Of a stretch of 42,494 bases of DNA, positions 6,926-14,154 are shown piece by piece. The first letter of the stretch is position 1; each line of letters starts with the position of its first letter. Origin of the DNA: a virus. The stretch lies in IMG/VR virus record IMGVR_UViG_3300045988_020762; one strand, written 5' to 3'. Position numbers and translations under genes: made by a program. The notes beneath the pieces were generated by a model. The model was not told where the DNA came from and did no database searches. It worked only from the letters and a program-made list of their open reading frames with translations.

Positions 6926-7195
6926 ATGGTGTATAATCAATTGTGGTATGAAAATCCCAACGTCCTTAAAGCCGTAAACGCGTGTCTCAACGTATTGGAA
7001 GCGTCTGGCATTTCGGCGGAATGCGCTACGCTTGTTCCGGGCTGTTTGGCGGAGGCTATTAAATGCAGCAATTATGAAACGCTAAAGCAAGGAGCATTCA
7101 AGAGCGCTCCCATTTCTGTAACCGCCAATAATGACGGCGGGTACAGTATTATGCCTGAAAGCCTGCAATGTATTGATCTACTATGGCCGAAGTGA
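6926..7195 (+). CDS. Hypothetical protein, 89 aa
   Basis: AAAGGAGG RBS before ATG 6926, downstream of the two promoter candidates. The 3' end overlaps the convergent DUF2513-like ORF. Confidence 0.55.
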   Translation: MVYNQLWYENPNVLKAVNACLNVLEASGISAECATLVPGCLAEAIKCSNYETLKQGAFKSAPISVTANNDGGYSIMPESLQCIDLLWPK

Positions 7196-7591
7196 TACCC
7201 TTTGCCACCGTTTCAATTACCGATAGAGATATTGACTTCAAGGATTTTAAAACAGCGTTTGTTTTTGCCCAGCTTTCTTTTCCCCCAATGTTTGCGATAA
7301 AGTCATGGCCTTTTGGCGTGATGTGATAAATTGTATTCAAGTAAAAATATCCAAACATTTCGCTTGTTGCAAAGGAAAATCTGTTTTTAAGTATCCGCTT
7401 TCTGAAAGCTGTACAACATGATATATGATCTCTTCTCTTGAATAGTTGCCAGAAAGCAAGCGCACCAAACAGGGAATGCTGACATAGCTAAATTTTCTTA
7501 GCCCATTTGGATTTTCAACCGCAGTTTCAACGGAAATACGATCTTCGACCAAAAGCATAATATCCCGTAAGCAATCTGGGTTCAGTTTCAT
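7149..7591 (-). pseudogene. DUF2513-like gene interrupted by a 1-nt frameshift in a homopolymer run
   Basis: ORFs 7337..7591 (MKLNPDCLRDIMLLVEDR...) and 7149..7358 (...IYHITPKGHDFIANIGGKESWAK...) form one DUF2513-like protein if one extra T is added to the T5 run (A5 at 7343-7347 on the + strand). Confidence 0.6.
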
Positions 7592-7989
7592 TCCGTGCCC
7601 CTCTTGCTTTTCAGATACCCGATATACCGGCATACTTCCGCCAGTTCGGCGGGTGTCGCGTCCCGGATATAATCTAATATTTCCTGCGCTTCCGCACTCA
7701 CACCCTCGATCTTCGGATCGGGGGTTTCTTTTGCGCCATTTTCCAGCAGCCCAATTACCCTCTCAATATCCACCGGTTCCGTGAGGATTTCCTCCGGCTC
7801 TACGCCGAGCAAAGTACACATCTTCGCGGCTTCTTCTGGGGATGGGAGATTTTTCCCACGCCTTACTTCACTTAACCATCTCTTGTGTTTCCCGATCATT
7901 TTCGAAAATGATGCTTCGCTCCAGCTTTTAGCCGAAACTTTTTCTGCTATCGAATCTACGTTTGGTTGGACTGTATCTCTTTTTGGCAT
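7588..7989 (-). CDS. XRE-family HTH regulator, candidate CI-like repressor, 133 aa
   Basis: AGGAG RBS. The HTH region lies around ASFSKMIGKHKRWLSEVRRG. ATGA overlap with the downstream DUF2513-like gene. Divergent from the Cro-like gene. Confidence 0.75.
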   Translation of the reverse strand: MPKRDTVQPNVDSIAEKVSAKSWSEASFSKMIGKHKRWLSEVRRGKNLPSPEEAAKMCTLLGVEPEEILTEPVDIERVIGLLENGAKETPDPKIEGVSAEAQEILDYIRDATPAELAEVCRYIGYLKSKRGTE

Positions 7990-7991
7990 AT

Positions 7992-8702
7992 CTACTCCTG
8001 AATAAATCGTAATGCAGCAGCGTGTAAGTCATGCTCAAATTTTTCGTTTTCAACAGATATCCGTCTATTCCGTTTGTGCTTGTTGTTCTTGATTACGTCA
8101 ATTTTTCTTTTCTTTATTTTATTGATTCTCTCTGCAAAATACTTGTTGTTTAATCCGCCACGGCGAATCGCCTTTTTTAACCAAAATATGGCGTTGTCAA
8201 ATTCCCACTCTTGCTCGTATAACTTGGAAAACATATTGCATGTAAACGCAAAGTTTAATGATGCAAATTTGTCTAAAACTGTGAATGGTATCTTCTCTAT
8301 TGATTCCTCGAAAGCACCAATCGCCGCAAGTCTAAAATCTGCGCCCTTGCAAGCAAGGGCATAAGCCACTGCAAATTTATCAAAATCAGATTTCGAATTT
8401 CTATACTTTGTTGCTGCGATTTCAAAAAGGACATATCGCGGTTTGTATGTTATTACATATGCCTCATTTACAAGCCCCAAAGCCTGATATTTCGCAGGGT
8501 ACTTTGTTTTAACGATGGATAGCACTTCTCTAATGACATCCACCTCATGTGGCGAAAAACGGGTTAAATCATACTTTCTGTTTACCGCAATAATACTTTG
8601 CGACGAATCTTGTTCATACTGTTCTGGATAATAAACATATGGGTTACCCAGACCTTTAGGCCGTGCAAGAATTAAGTCAATATCTAAAAACATATCTACC
8701 AC
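7992..8702 (-). CDS. Hypothetical protein, 236 aa, AT-rich, first gene of the leftward immunity operon
   Basis: Long ORF ending 2 nt before the repressor gene start. Visibly AT-richer than flanking phage genes. Lys/Arg-rich C-terminus. No family recognised. Confidence 0.65.
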   Translation of the reverse strand: MVDMFLDIDLILARPKGLGNPYVYYPEQYEQDSSQSIIAVNRKYDLTRFSPHEVDVIREVLSIVKTKYPAKYQALGLVNEAYVITYKPRYVLFEIAATKYRNSKSDFDKFAVAYALACKGADFRLAAIGAFEESIEKIPFTVLDKFASLNFAFTCNMFSKLYEQEWEFDNAIFWLKKAIRRGGLNNKYFAERINKIKKRKIDVIKNNKHKRNRRISVENEKFEHDLHAAALRFIQE

Positions 8703-8758
8703 AAAAACAAGAAATTTTTGTGCAACTCTACAAAACTTACAAAACGGTCGTGTTTCAC

Positions 8759-8787
8759 TTTACAACGTACAAAGCGTGCGCTATAAT
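8759..8787 (+). promoter_or_regulatory. Near-consensus rightward promoter in the lysogeny switch region
   Basis: TTTACA (8759-8764), 17-nt spacer, TATAAT (8782-8787). The -10 is embedded in the palindrome CGCTATAATAGCG. Confidence 0.55.
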
Positions 8788-8918
8788 AGCGTTACAGAAC
8801 TTGATTGAGGCAACAAAAAACCAAGCCCCCAACGTATTCCCCGTTTTTGCGGACTTATAACCGATATTTTGTTGGCTGACACTTACATAATAGCGGTGTT
8901 GGTTGCGTTTGTCAATAT

Positions 8919-8933
8919 AAAGTTCTGAACTTT
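8919..8933. promoter_or_regulatory. Perfect 15-bp palindrome (operator candidate) just upstream of the Cro-like gene RBS
   Basis: AAAGTTC-T-GAACTTT read directly. A related half-site AGAACTT occurs at about 8797. Confidence 0.45.
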
Positions 8934-8951
8934 GTAAGGAGGGGAGAATGC

Positions 8952-9185
8952 TTGGAATTAAAGGCAATCCGAGAAAATGCCGGTTTGCGGCAGGCAGACG
9001 TAGCAAAGAAACTCCGTGTAAGAGTTTCCGCGGTGTCGAACTGGGAACGCGGTGTGAATGGTATCGCAAGCAAGTACATTAGACCGCTGACCAGATTGTA
9101 CGGCGTGACCGAGGCAGAGGTCAGAACAGCATCAGAAGCCGCCCAGATCGCAAGGGAAGATGCGGAATCCAGCGATGGGGAATAA
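8952..9185 (+). CDS. Cro-like XRE-family HTH protein, 77 aa (TTG start)
   Basis: AAGGAGGGGAG RBS about 5-7 nt upstream of TTG 8952. HTH: LRQADVAKKLRVRVSAVSNWERG. Confidence 0.75.
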   Translation: MELKAIRENAGLRQADVAKKLRVRVSAVSNWERGVNGIASKYIRPLTRLYGVTEAEVRTASEAAQIAREDAESSDGE

Positions 9186-9190
9186 AAAAT

Positions 9191-9221
9191 GCCCCGCCCG
9201 GTGTTGCAGACCGGGCAGGGC
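9191..9221. terminator. GC-rich hairpin after the Cro-like gene
   Basis: gccccgcccggt / accgggcagggc (one mismatch), loop gttgcag. The A-run lies on the 5' side, so the U-tract exists only for the minus sense. Likely weak or leaky on the + strand. Confidence 0.45.
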
Positions 9222-9289
9222 GGCGGAACAAATCTTAGGCTCAGATATGTGTCCTGTGGCTATTTTAGCACAGGGGAAAGGAAAAGGCA

Positions 9290-9442
9290 ATGGCGAAGAA
9301 ACGAAAAATCGAATACCGGATCATCTGGGTATCCCCGCCTGACCCGGTGAAGATCATGACGGAGTTCGGCAAGATCTGGTCGAGGGAAAACGGTCTTGAG
9401 TTTGACGGTGTTTACACCAAAGAGGGGGACATCAAACAATGA
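9290..9442 (+). CDS. Hypothetical small protein, 50 aa (below ORF-track cutoff)
   Basis: Hand translation MAKKRKIEYRIIWVSPPDPVKIMTEFGKIWSRENGLEFDGVYTKEGDIKQ. Purine-rich stretch upstream. Confidence 0.4.
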   Translation: MAKKRKIEYRIIWVSPPDPVKIMTEFGKIWSRENGLEFDGVYTKEGDIKQ

Positions 9443-9546
9443 GCTGGAACCTGTTTTTTATGGATCTGGGCGTGGCGTATGCGGCCACTTGGGTATTCAA
9501 GATCGTTGACCTAATCGAAGGAGGGAATCCGCATAAGAAAGCATGA
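9439..9546 (+). CDS. Possible small hydrophobic peptide, 35 aa
   Basis: ATGA overlap with the previous ORF. MSWNLFFMDLGVAYAATWVFKIVDLIEGGNPHKKA. Weak support. Confidence 0.3.
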   Translation: MSWNLFFMDLGVAYAATWVFKIVDLIEGGNPHKKA

Positions 9547-9654
9547 ACGGCGCACCAGAGAGCAGCGGAAGGCGGACGCCTCCGCATGGATGGGCTTTTT
9601 GAGTTTCCTGGCCCTGCTGCTGATCGCCAGTGCGTACATGGTGGTGAGCGCGCG

Positions 9655-9855
9655 ATGAACAGAGCAAATCGGCATGAGCGCCATCCGCTGGATCTCTGCC
9701 CGGTGTGCGGCATGGACAGCGGTGAGCGGGTGCAGTCCACGGACGCACCGTTTAAGCACTATGTACGGTGTTCCACCTGCGGTGCTATCACAGCGGGTTA
9801 CGCCCAGCAATCCAACGCCACGAAGGCGTGGAAGAGAGGGGATGCGTGGAAATGA
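9655..9855 (+). CDS. Lar-family-like zinc-ribbon protein (restriction alleviation family), 66 aa
   Basis: Internal ATG 9655 (MNRANRHERHPLDLCPVCG...VRCSTCGAITAGYAQQSNATKAWKRG). The CxxCG...CxxCG...A..W pattern is typical of Lar-family proteins. Confidence 0.6.
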   Translation: MNRANRHERHPLDLCPVCGMDSGERVQSTDAPFKHYVRCSTCGAITAGYAQQSNATKAWKRGDAWK

Positions 9856-10055
9856 AGATCTATCCGGTGTGCGCGAGATGTTCCATCGTCATGAACCCCA
9901 ATGCGTTTGACGATGTGGCTCCGGGGTTTTTGATCAACGGCGAGTGCTACTGCCCGGAGTGCGCGAAGGATTGGCTCAAGGATGAGGTTGACAGCGATCC
10001 GGAAGCTGTGGCACGGGCCATGGGGATTGCGATCATCGAAATCCCGGAGGGCTGA
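9852..10055 (+). CDS. Small zinc-ribbon protein, 67 aa
   Basis: ATGA overlap with the previous gene. MKIYPVCARCS...CYCPECAKDW. Confidence 0.55.
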   Translation: MKIYPVCARCSIVMNPNAFDDVAPGFLINGECYCPECAKDWLKDEVDSDPEAVARAMGIAIIEIPEG

Positions 10056-10056
10056 T

Positions 10057-10284
10057 ATGAACCAGTGTGAGCGGATCTTGAAGTATCTGGATGAACACGG
10101 CAGTATCACACGGGCCGAGGCCATGAGCGAGTGCGGGATCGCCAATTTCACGGCGCGGGTCTCTGACTTGCGGCGGGACGGCGTGGCGCTGGACGTGGAG
10201 ACGGTCACACAGAAGAACCGCTACGGCGAGACCGTGCGGTTTGCGAGATACAGGAGGAAAGAAAATGGCACTGAAATCATTTAA
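10057..10284 (+). CDS. Winged-helix DNA-binding protein, 75 aa
   Basis: GGAGGG RBS. MNQCERILKYLDEHGSITRAEAMSECGIANFTARVSDLRRDG is typical of small phage wHTH proteins. Confidence 0.65.
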   Translation: MNQCERILKYLDEHGSITRAEAMSECGIANFTARVSDLRRDGVALDVETVTQKNRYGETVRFARYRRKENGTEII

Positions 10285-10912
10285 CGAGTTAATTAAAATC
10301 GATGTGCGTCCACAATGCGATATGCGGGATGCCAAAGACGAAAACGGGAAGATAATCAAAGTCCCGTATTTGAGCTGGGGCAAATGTGTGAAGCTGTTGC
10401 ACGAAAACGGAGCAAATGATGTGTGGTATGCGCCGGTGGAGTGCCCAACCACTCACACTTATCTTTGGCCCCAAGCAAAAGTGTCCACCAGCAAGGGGCG
10501 AGATACGGAATGCTGGTTTGTGCGGGTGTTGATCCACATTGACGACTTGGAATTTGTATACGATACGCCGCTGCTGAATGGATCCCTGGTGGTTTACACT
10601 GACACTCTGAACCAGCTGCGGATCAACAATGCCCTTGCCAGAGCATTTGTGAAGGGCGTTGCCATCCGAACCGGATTAGGATTTGACCTGTGGGCAGAAT
10701 CGGACGCTGACGATGGCGAGGACGATTTGAGCCGTCACAATATTTGGGCGATCAAAGAGCGGATCGAACGGCTGATTACCGTGAAGGAGCAAAACGGGCT
10801 TGACCACAGCGATCTGCTGCGTGGTATCGGAATCGGGGATAGAGAGCTGAATAAGTTGATGGGCTATTTCTCCACGATTGATAAATTTGAAAAGGCAGTG
10901 AGCCGGTTATGA
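10265..10912 (+). CDS. Single-strand annealing protein, Sak/DUF1071-like (Rad52 superfamily)
   Basis: AGGAGG RBS before ATG 10265. Motifs ...VPYLSWGKCVKLL... and ...ARAFVKGVAIRTGLGFDLWAESD match the DUF1071 pattern. Followed by an exonuclease gene. Confidence 0.65.
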   Translation: MALKSFNELIKIDVRPQCDMRDAKDENGKIIKVPYLSWGKCVKLLHENGANDVWYAPVECPTTHTYLWPQAKVSTSKGRDTECWFVRVLIHIDDLEFVYDTPLLNGSLVVYTDTLNQLRINNALARAFVKGVAIRTGLGFDLWAESDADDGEDDLSRHNIWAIKERIERLITVKEQNGLDHSDLLRGIGIGDRELNKLMGYFSTIDKFEKAVSRL

Positions 10913-11496
10913 TCCACAACCATGATCGGAGCGGCTGGTTTGGAGCGTCGGACACCTCAACCATCATGGGGAACTGGGCGACAGAGACCTTCCGGAAGTG
11001 GTGGCTGGAGAAGCTGGGATTACGGGAAAACCGATTCCATACCCCCGCTATGCAGGCGGGGACAGCTTATGAACACCGGATTTTGGAGCGCATTTGCGTC
11101 CCGAAGATGGACAGGCAGATACGCATTCCGCGGCTGCGCCTGCGGGTGAACTATGACGGTGAATTTCCAAGGACGATTATAGAGGTCAAGACACACAGTA
11201 AGCCGGGGTTTAAAGTCAGCAAGGCATATTGGCAACAATGCCAAGTGGAGATGTTTGCCAGCGGTTACGGATTCTGGAGAAAGCGGAAAACGTGTTACAT
11301 CGTGGCGTACCAACTGACGGATGCCGAAATGCAGAACTACTTTTTACCAGTAGATAGCAGACGGCTATCACACCACGAAGTCCGGTATGACGCTCAGTGG
11401 GTGAGAGACGCATATTTGCCGCGGCTGCGGTATTTGGCGAAATGTCTGAAAATAGGACATTGGCCGAGGATGGAGGAACTTTATGGAGCGGGTTAA
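10909..11496 (+). CDS. YqaJ-like viral recombinase exonuclease (PD-(D/E)xK)
   Basis: WFGASDTSTIMG N-terminal motif, YEHRI, and IIEVKT catalytic E-x-K. ATGA coupling to the SSAP gene. Confidence 0.8.
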   Translation: MIHNHDRSGWFGASDTSTIMGNWATETFRKWWLEKLGLRENRFHTPAMQAGTAYEHRILERICVPKMDRQIRIPRLRLRVNYDGEFPRTIIEVKTHSKPGFKVSKAYWQQCQVEMFASGYGFWRKRKTCYIVAYQLTDAEMQNYFLPVDSRRLSHHEVRYDAQWVRDAYLPRLRYLAKCLKIGHWPRMEELYGAG

Positions 11497-12016
11497 GGCG
11501 TCAGGGTTCCGCTGGACAATGGATGCGGCCGGTGATTGGTTGTGCGTCCAGACCAACAAGGCTCGACAGGTGCTTGACGCGCTGAAAGAGGGTCAAGTCT
11601 ATGACGTGGAGATCAAGGAACACCGGGAGAAGCGGAGCCTCGACGCGAATGCGTACTTCTGGGTTCTGGTTGACCGGCTGGCCGAAAAGCTGCGGATTCC
11701 CAAAACGGAAATCTATCGACGGTATATCTGGGAGATCGGCGGGAACCATGAAATAGTCTGCGTGCTCGATTCAGCCGTGGAAAAGCTGCGGAACGGGTGG
11801 GAACACAATGGGCTGGGCTGGCAGACGGATACCATGGCAAGCAGGATCCCCGGCTGCACCAACGTGATTTTGTATTACGGCTCCAGCACCTACAACACTC
11901 GGCAAATGTCACATTTGATCGATATGGCGGTGCAGGACTGCCAGGAGCAAGGTATTGAGACCCTGCCTTCGGACAAGCTGGCAGGGATGATGGAGGAATG
12001 GGGATGCACAAAATGA
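11483..12016 (+). CDS. NinB/Orf-like recombination mediator
   Basis: REKRSLDANAYFWVLVDRLA and YYGSSTYNTRQMSHLIDMAVQDCQEQGI parallel lambda NinB (RNRSLDQNRKLWACL; GQSTSRMRVGEFAELLE). Confidence 0.6.
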   Translation: MERVKASGFRWTMDAAGDWLCVQTNKARQVLDALKEGQVYDVEIKEHREKRSLDANAYFWVLVDRLAEKLRIPKTEIYRRYIWEIGGNHEIVCVLDSAVEKLRNGWEHNGLGWQTDTMASRIPGCTNVILYYGSSTYNTRQMSHLIDMAVQDCQEQGIETLPSDKLAGMMEEWGCTK

Positions 12017-12321
12017 CAAAGGCCACGTCCATTCCACAATCCGTGAAGGTTGTTGTATGGGCACGTGACAATCACCAGTGCGTGATCTGTGGGTCTCCCG
12101 CAGGCGCGCCGGTGGCCCATGTGGTACGGCGTTCGCAGGGCGGCAGAGGGATCGAGCAGAACATTGCAACCCTCTGCCCCCGCTGCCACCGCCTATTTGA
12201 CGAGGGGCCATTACGAGACCGCGAGCGCATCTACGTGCGGCTGGTGGCGTACATGAAAGCATTTTACCCGGATTGGAACCGGGAGGACATGATTTACAGA
12301 AAGGGAGCTATTTCATGCTGA
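12013..12321 (+). CDS. HNH endonuclease
   Basis: ATGA overlap. DNHQCVICG...HVVRRSQGGRGIEQNIATLCPRCH is an HNH motif. Confidence 0.8.
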   Translation: MTKATSIPQSVKVVVWARDNHQCVICGSPAGAPVAHVVRRSQGGRGIEQNIATLCPRCHRLFDEGPLRDRERIYVRLVAYMKAFYPDWNREDMIYRKGAISC

Positions 12322-12713
12322 ACAGAATTATTGTGATGGGCCGGATGACCCGTGACCCTGAATTGCGCCGCACCAACAGCGGCACGGCGGTGGCATCTTT
12401 CACCGTGGCGGTTGATCGGGACTTTAAGTCCCTGTCCGGCGAGAAGGAAATGGATTTCATTGACGTGGTGGCTTGGCGCAACACCGCCGAATTTGTAAGC
12501 AAGTACTTCTCTAAGGGCCGCATGGCCGTAGTGGAGGGCCGCTTGCAGCTGCGTGACTGGACGGACAAGGACGGCAATAAACGCCGCAGCGCCGAGATCG
12601 TGGCCGACAGCGTGTACTTTGGCGATTCCAAGCGAGACGGCGGGGACGCGGCGCAGAGCGAACCGCAGGGCGGTTTCAGTGAGATCGAGGATGATGGGGA
12701 CTTCACGTTCTAA
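12315..12713 (+). CDS. ssb: Single-stranded DNA-binding protein
   Basis: MLNRIIVMGRMTRDPELRRTNSGTAVASFTVAV...VVAWRNTAEFVSKYFSKGRMAVVEGRLQLRDW is an OB fold. Acidic tail DDGDFTF. Confidence 0.9.
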   Translation: MLNRIIVMGRMTRDPELRRTNSGTAVASFTVAVDRDFKSLSGEKEMDFIDVVAWRNTAEFVSKYFSKGRMAVVEGRLQLRDWTDKDGNKRRSAEIVADSVYFGDSKRDGGDAAQSEPQGGFSEIEDDGDFTF

Positions 12714-12725
12714 GGCGGTGGGCGA

Positions 12726-13466
12726 ATGCCGAACAGGATCATCAAGGATAGCATCAGGACGAGCAAAAGCATCAACGCAATGTCGGATTTCCAATTCCGA
12801 TTGTGGACGTACCTGATCACCTATGTTGATGATTATGGGCGCGGCAGCGCAGACCCGGAATTGCTCAAAGGCTTTGTATTCCCCCGCAGAAAAGGTGTGA
12901 CTGAGGGAACGATCAGTAAGACGCTTGCAGAATTGGCGACCATAGGCTCTGTGATCCTCTATGAAGTTGACGGAGAACCGTACCTATGTTTTCCAAACTG
13001 GAGCGAGCACCAGACGGTGAGGAACAAAGTAAGCAAATTCCCGGCACCTGCTGACGGATCGATTACATCTGAAATCAATTGCAATCAATTGCAAGCAGGT
13101 GAAAGCAAATGCGCCCGTAATCCAATCCAGAATCCAGAATCCAGAATCCAGAATCCAGAAGAAGTAGGCGGCGAGCCGCAAACGGCATCCCCGCCGGTGG
13201 TTTCCATCCCCCTCAATGACGGCACTGAATATCCGGTGTCTCAGGAGCAATGCCAGGAATGGGCGGGCGTGTACCCTGCTGTCGACGTGATACAGCAGTT
13301 GCGGGAGATGCGGGAATGGTGCCTGAATAACCCGGCGAAGCGGAAAACGGCGCATGGTGTGCGCGGATTTATCACCCGCTGGCTGGCGAAAGAACAGGAT
13401 CGCGGTGGCCGTAAGGGCGCAAAAGGCCCCGGCAACAAATGCGAGGACGCTTGGGGGTATGTGTGA
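12726..13466 (+). CDS. Phage replisome organizer (DnaD-like N-terminal domain)
   Basis: MPNRIIKDSIRTSKSINAMSDFQFRLWTYLITYVDDYGRGSADPELLKG is typical of the replisome organizer N-terminal domain. Internal DNA iterons are present. Confidence 0.7.
   Translation: MPNRIIKDSIRTSKSINAMSDFQFRLWTYLITYVDDYGRGSADPELLKGFVFPRRKGVTEGTISKTLAELATIGSVILYEVDGEPYLCFPNWSEHQTVRNKVSKFPAPADGSITSEINCNQLQAGESKCARNPIQNPESRIQNPEEVGGEPQTASPPVVSIPLNDGTEYPVSQEQCQEWAGVYPAVDVIQQLREMREWCLNNPAKRKTAHGVRGFITRWLAKEQDRGGRKGAKGPGNKCEDAWGYV
13074..13158. repeat. Iteron cluster inside the organizer gene (candidate origin of replication)
   Basis: atcaattgca x2 (13074-13093). Then aatcca, atccag and four perfect aatccag heptamers (13119-13158). 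Confidence 0.55.
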
Positions 13467-13603
13467 TGATGCGGCTTGTGATTGATATTTACGATGGCGA
13501 GGACGCGCAGGGCACGAAGGAGGCGGCAGCCATGCTGCTGGAGCCTCTGGGCCGCGTCCGGGTGGTGCAAGTCATCATTGACGGAAAGGAAGAAAAACGA
13601 TGA
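13466..13603 (+). CDS. Hypothetical small protein, 45 aa (below ORF-track cutoff)
   Basis: The start overlaps the organizer stop (TGATG) and the stop overlaps the next start (ATGA). MMRLVIDIYDGEDAQGTKEAAAMLLEPLGRVRVVQVIIDGKEEKR. Confidence 0.45.
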   Translation: MMRLVIDIYDGEDAQGTKEAAAMLLEPLGRVRVVQVIIDGKEEKR

Positions 13604-14154
13604 AGATTGATAAACTGTTTAAAGGCTTGAAGCGCATTGCCAGCGGCGACTATGTGTTGGAAGGGGATTTGATCTCCGAGGAAACGATTGAAATTGATCT
13701 GGATGATCGCTTTGTGGTAAAAGGCAGAATTGAATCCAAGAAAAGTGTCATTATTCGCTGTGGCATCGAGGCTGGCTGTGGCATCGAGGCTGGCTGGGGC
13801 ATCAAGGCTGGCTGGGGCATCGAGGCTGGCTGGGGCATCAAGGCTGGCTGTGGTATCGAGGCTGGCTGGGGCATCAAGGCTGGCTATGGTATCAAGGCTG
13901 GCTGTGGCATCGAGGCTGGCTGTGGCATCGAGGCTGGCTGGGGCATCGAGGCTGGCTGGGGCATCGAGGCTGGCTGGGGCATCAAGGCTGGCGCTTTTAT
14001 CAGCGTCAAAAAACGGATTTTTGCAGGGATATCCATTTATCGCACCAGCAAAGATTGTGATAAAACGATCTGCTGCACAGAACTGCGGGATGGAGAGGTC
14101 TGCTATGGAGACCTGATCCTGACAGGAAGCGAGGAAAATCCTGATGAAGATTGA
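13600..14154 (+). CDS. Hexapeptide-repeat protein (13 x [C/W/Y]-G-I-[E/K]-A-G), probable beta-solenoid, 184 aa
   Basis: Translationally coupled on both sides. The central 78 aa are a perfect-period hexapeptide array flanked by 53-aa N- and C-terminal regions. Confidence 0.8.
   Translation: MKIDKLFKGLKRIASGDYVLEGDLISEETIEIDLDDRFVVKGRIESKKSVIIRCGIEAGCGIEAGWGIKAGWGIEAGWGIKAGCGIEAGWGIKAGYGIKAGCGIEAGCGIEAGWGIEAGWGIEAGWGIKAGAFISVKKRIFAGISIYRTSKDCDKTICCTELRDGEVCYGDLILTGSEENPDED
13759..13992. repeat. Tandem repeat, 18 bp x 13, near-identical units
   Basis: Units tgYggYatcRaggctggc counted directly. Five unit variants differ only in the first codon (tgt/tgg/tat), the synonymous third base of the second codon (ggc/ggt) and the first base of the fourth codon (gag/aag). 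Confidence 0.95.

Noticed and set aside
6817-6936. 39-aa ORF (MATEQLEEIRNKLMHAVLLLPQEEQVELLRMIKGGNDGV)
   Set aside because: Its ATG lies inside the -10 box of the second promoter candidate and it has no RBS. It could only be translated from the upstream promoter, so it is left uncalled.
9517-9657. Possible small TM peptide (...RKADASAWMGFLSFLALLLIASAYMVVSAR) in a third frame
   Set aside because: It looks protein-like. However, the only starts near the GGAGGG are ATC/ATA, and the internal ATG would give a 22-aa peptide. That is too weak to call.
9586-9855. Longer 89-aa version of the Lar-like ORF starting at 9586
   Set aside because: The N-terminal extension (MDGLFEFPGPAADRQCVHGGERA) overlaps other candidate small ORFs and lacks an RBS. 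The internal ATG 9655 gives the typical Lar size.
13759-13992. Possible CRISPR array
   Set aside because: The units are contiguous 18-bp repeats with no spacers and lie inside a coupled ORF. This is not CRISPR architecture.
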